NCBI GenBank assembly: GCA_964234715.1
Contig: OZ174284.1
Length of the DNA stretch: 64,000 nucleotides
Strand: one strand, 5' to 3'
Origin: Podarcis melisellensis
Lineage: Eukaryota
A program made the position numbers and the translations under genes. Shown in pieces: positions 63,702 through 64,000 of this stretch (position 1 is the first letter of the stretch; each line of letters begins with the position of its first letter). Below the pieces are notes generated by a model that saw nothing but the letters and a program-made list of their open reading frames with translations, made no database searches and was not told the origin of the DNA.

Positions 63702-63840
63702 AGAAAGGGCGAAAACAGTAGTTTCAATTACCAAAACCTCACTCTGATGATTGGTGACCTGTTTTCTGCTGGTACGGAGACCACCACCACTACCTTGCGA
63801 TGGGGCCTGCTCTACATGATCCTCTATCCTGACATCCAGA
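63702..63840 (+). CDS. CYP2D: CYP2D exon 6 (139 nt), I-helix: ...[28 protein letters not shown]; gene continues beyond the window
   Basis: Acceptor ctcctcag| and donor A|gtaag. AGxET I-helix motif. Confidence 0.96.
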
Positions 63841-64000
63841 GTAAGAGCCACTGCTGAGTATTGTTTTAGGGACCACCTCTCTGTGCATGAAGGTCTTGGG
63901 AGGAAGCCCTGCTTCTACCTGCTGAGTCAGATGGATCAAGGCACAGATAGAGTTTTCTCTATAATCACCTTATTTCTATAGAATCCTCTCCCTTAGGAAG

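Overview
Vertebrate genomic DNA, inferred to be a squamate and probably a lacertid lizard from Sauria SINEs and a tRNA-Lys/CR1-tail SINE. The + strand carries two genes. (1) TCF20: a 5.7-kb coding exon (7282-13011, ATG 7318), three small coding exons (32099-32192, 36566-36615, 39160-39287) and a terminal exon from 45495 with polyA signals at 46675 and 46749; the promoter and first exon are not seen. (2) Exons 1-6 of a CYP2D-subfamily cytochrome P450 (ATG 53067 to 63840), running off the window end. This matches the human TCF20-CYP2D gene order. The introns are rich in transposon remnants: five Sauria SINEs, hAT and Tc1/mariner-type MITEs, L1/L2/CR1 fragments and a solo LTR. The most unusual items are: a decayed ~3-kb antisense LTR-element remnant in TCF20 (integrase C-terminus, then a glycoprotein/env-like frame with a C-type-lectin-like motif set); a TSD-bounded, internally deleted L1 containing a Tc1 terminus in CYP2D intron 1; a sense solo LTR with a duplicated octamer/CRE/CCAAT block in CYP2D intron 3; and three alternative TCF20 C-termini. 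No CRISPR array, rRNA or bona fide tRNA was found. Most short ORFs in the track are noise. Family assignments come from motif recognition by eye, not from database searches.
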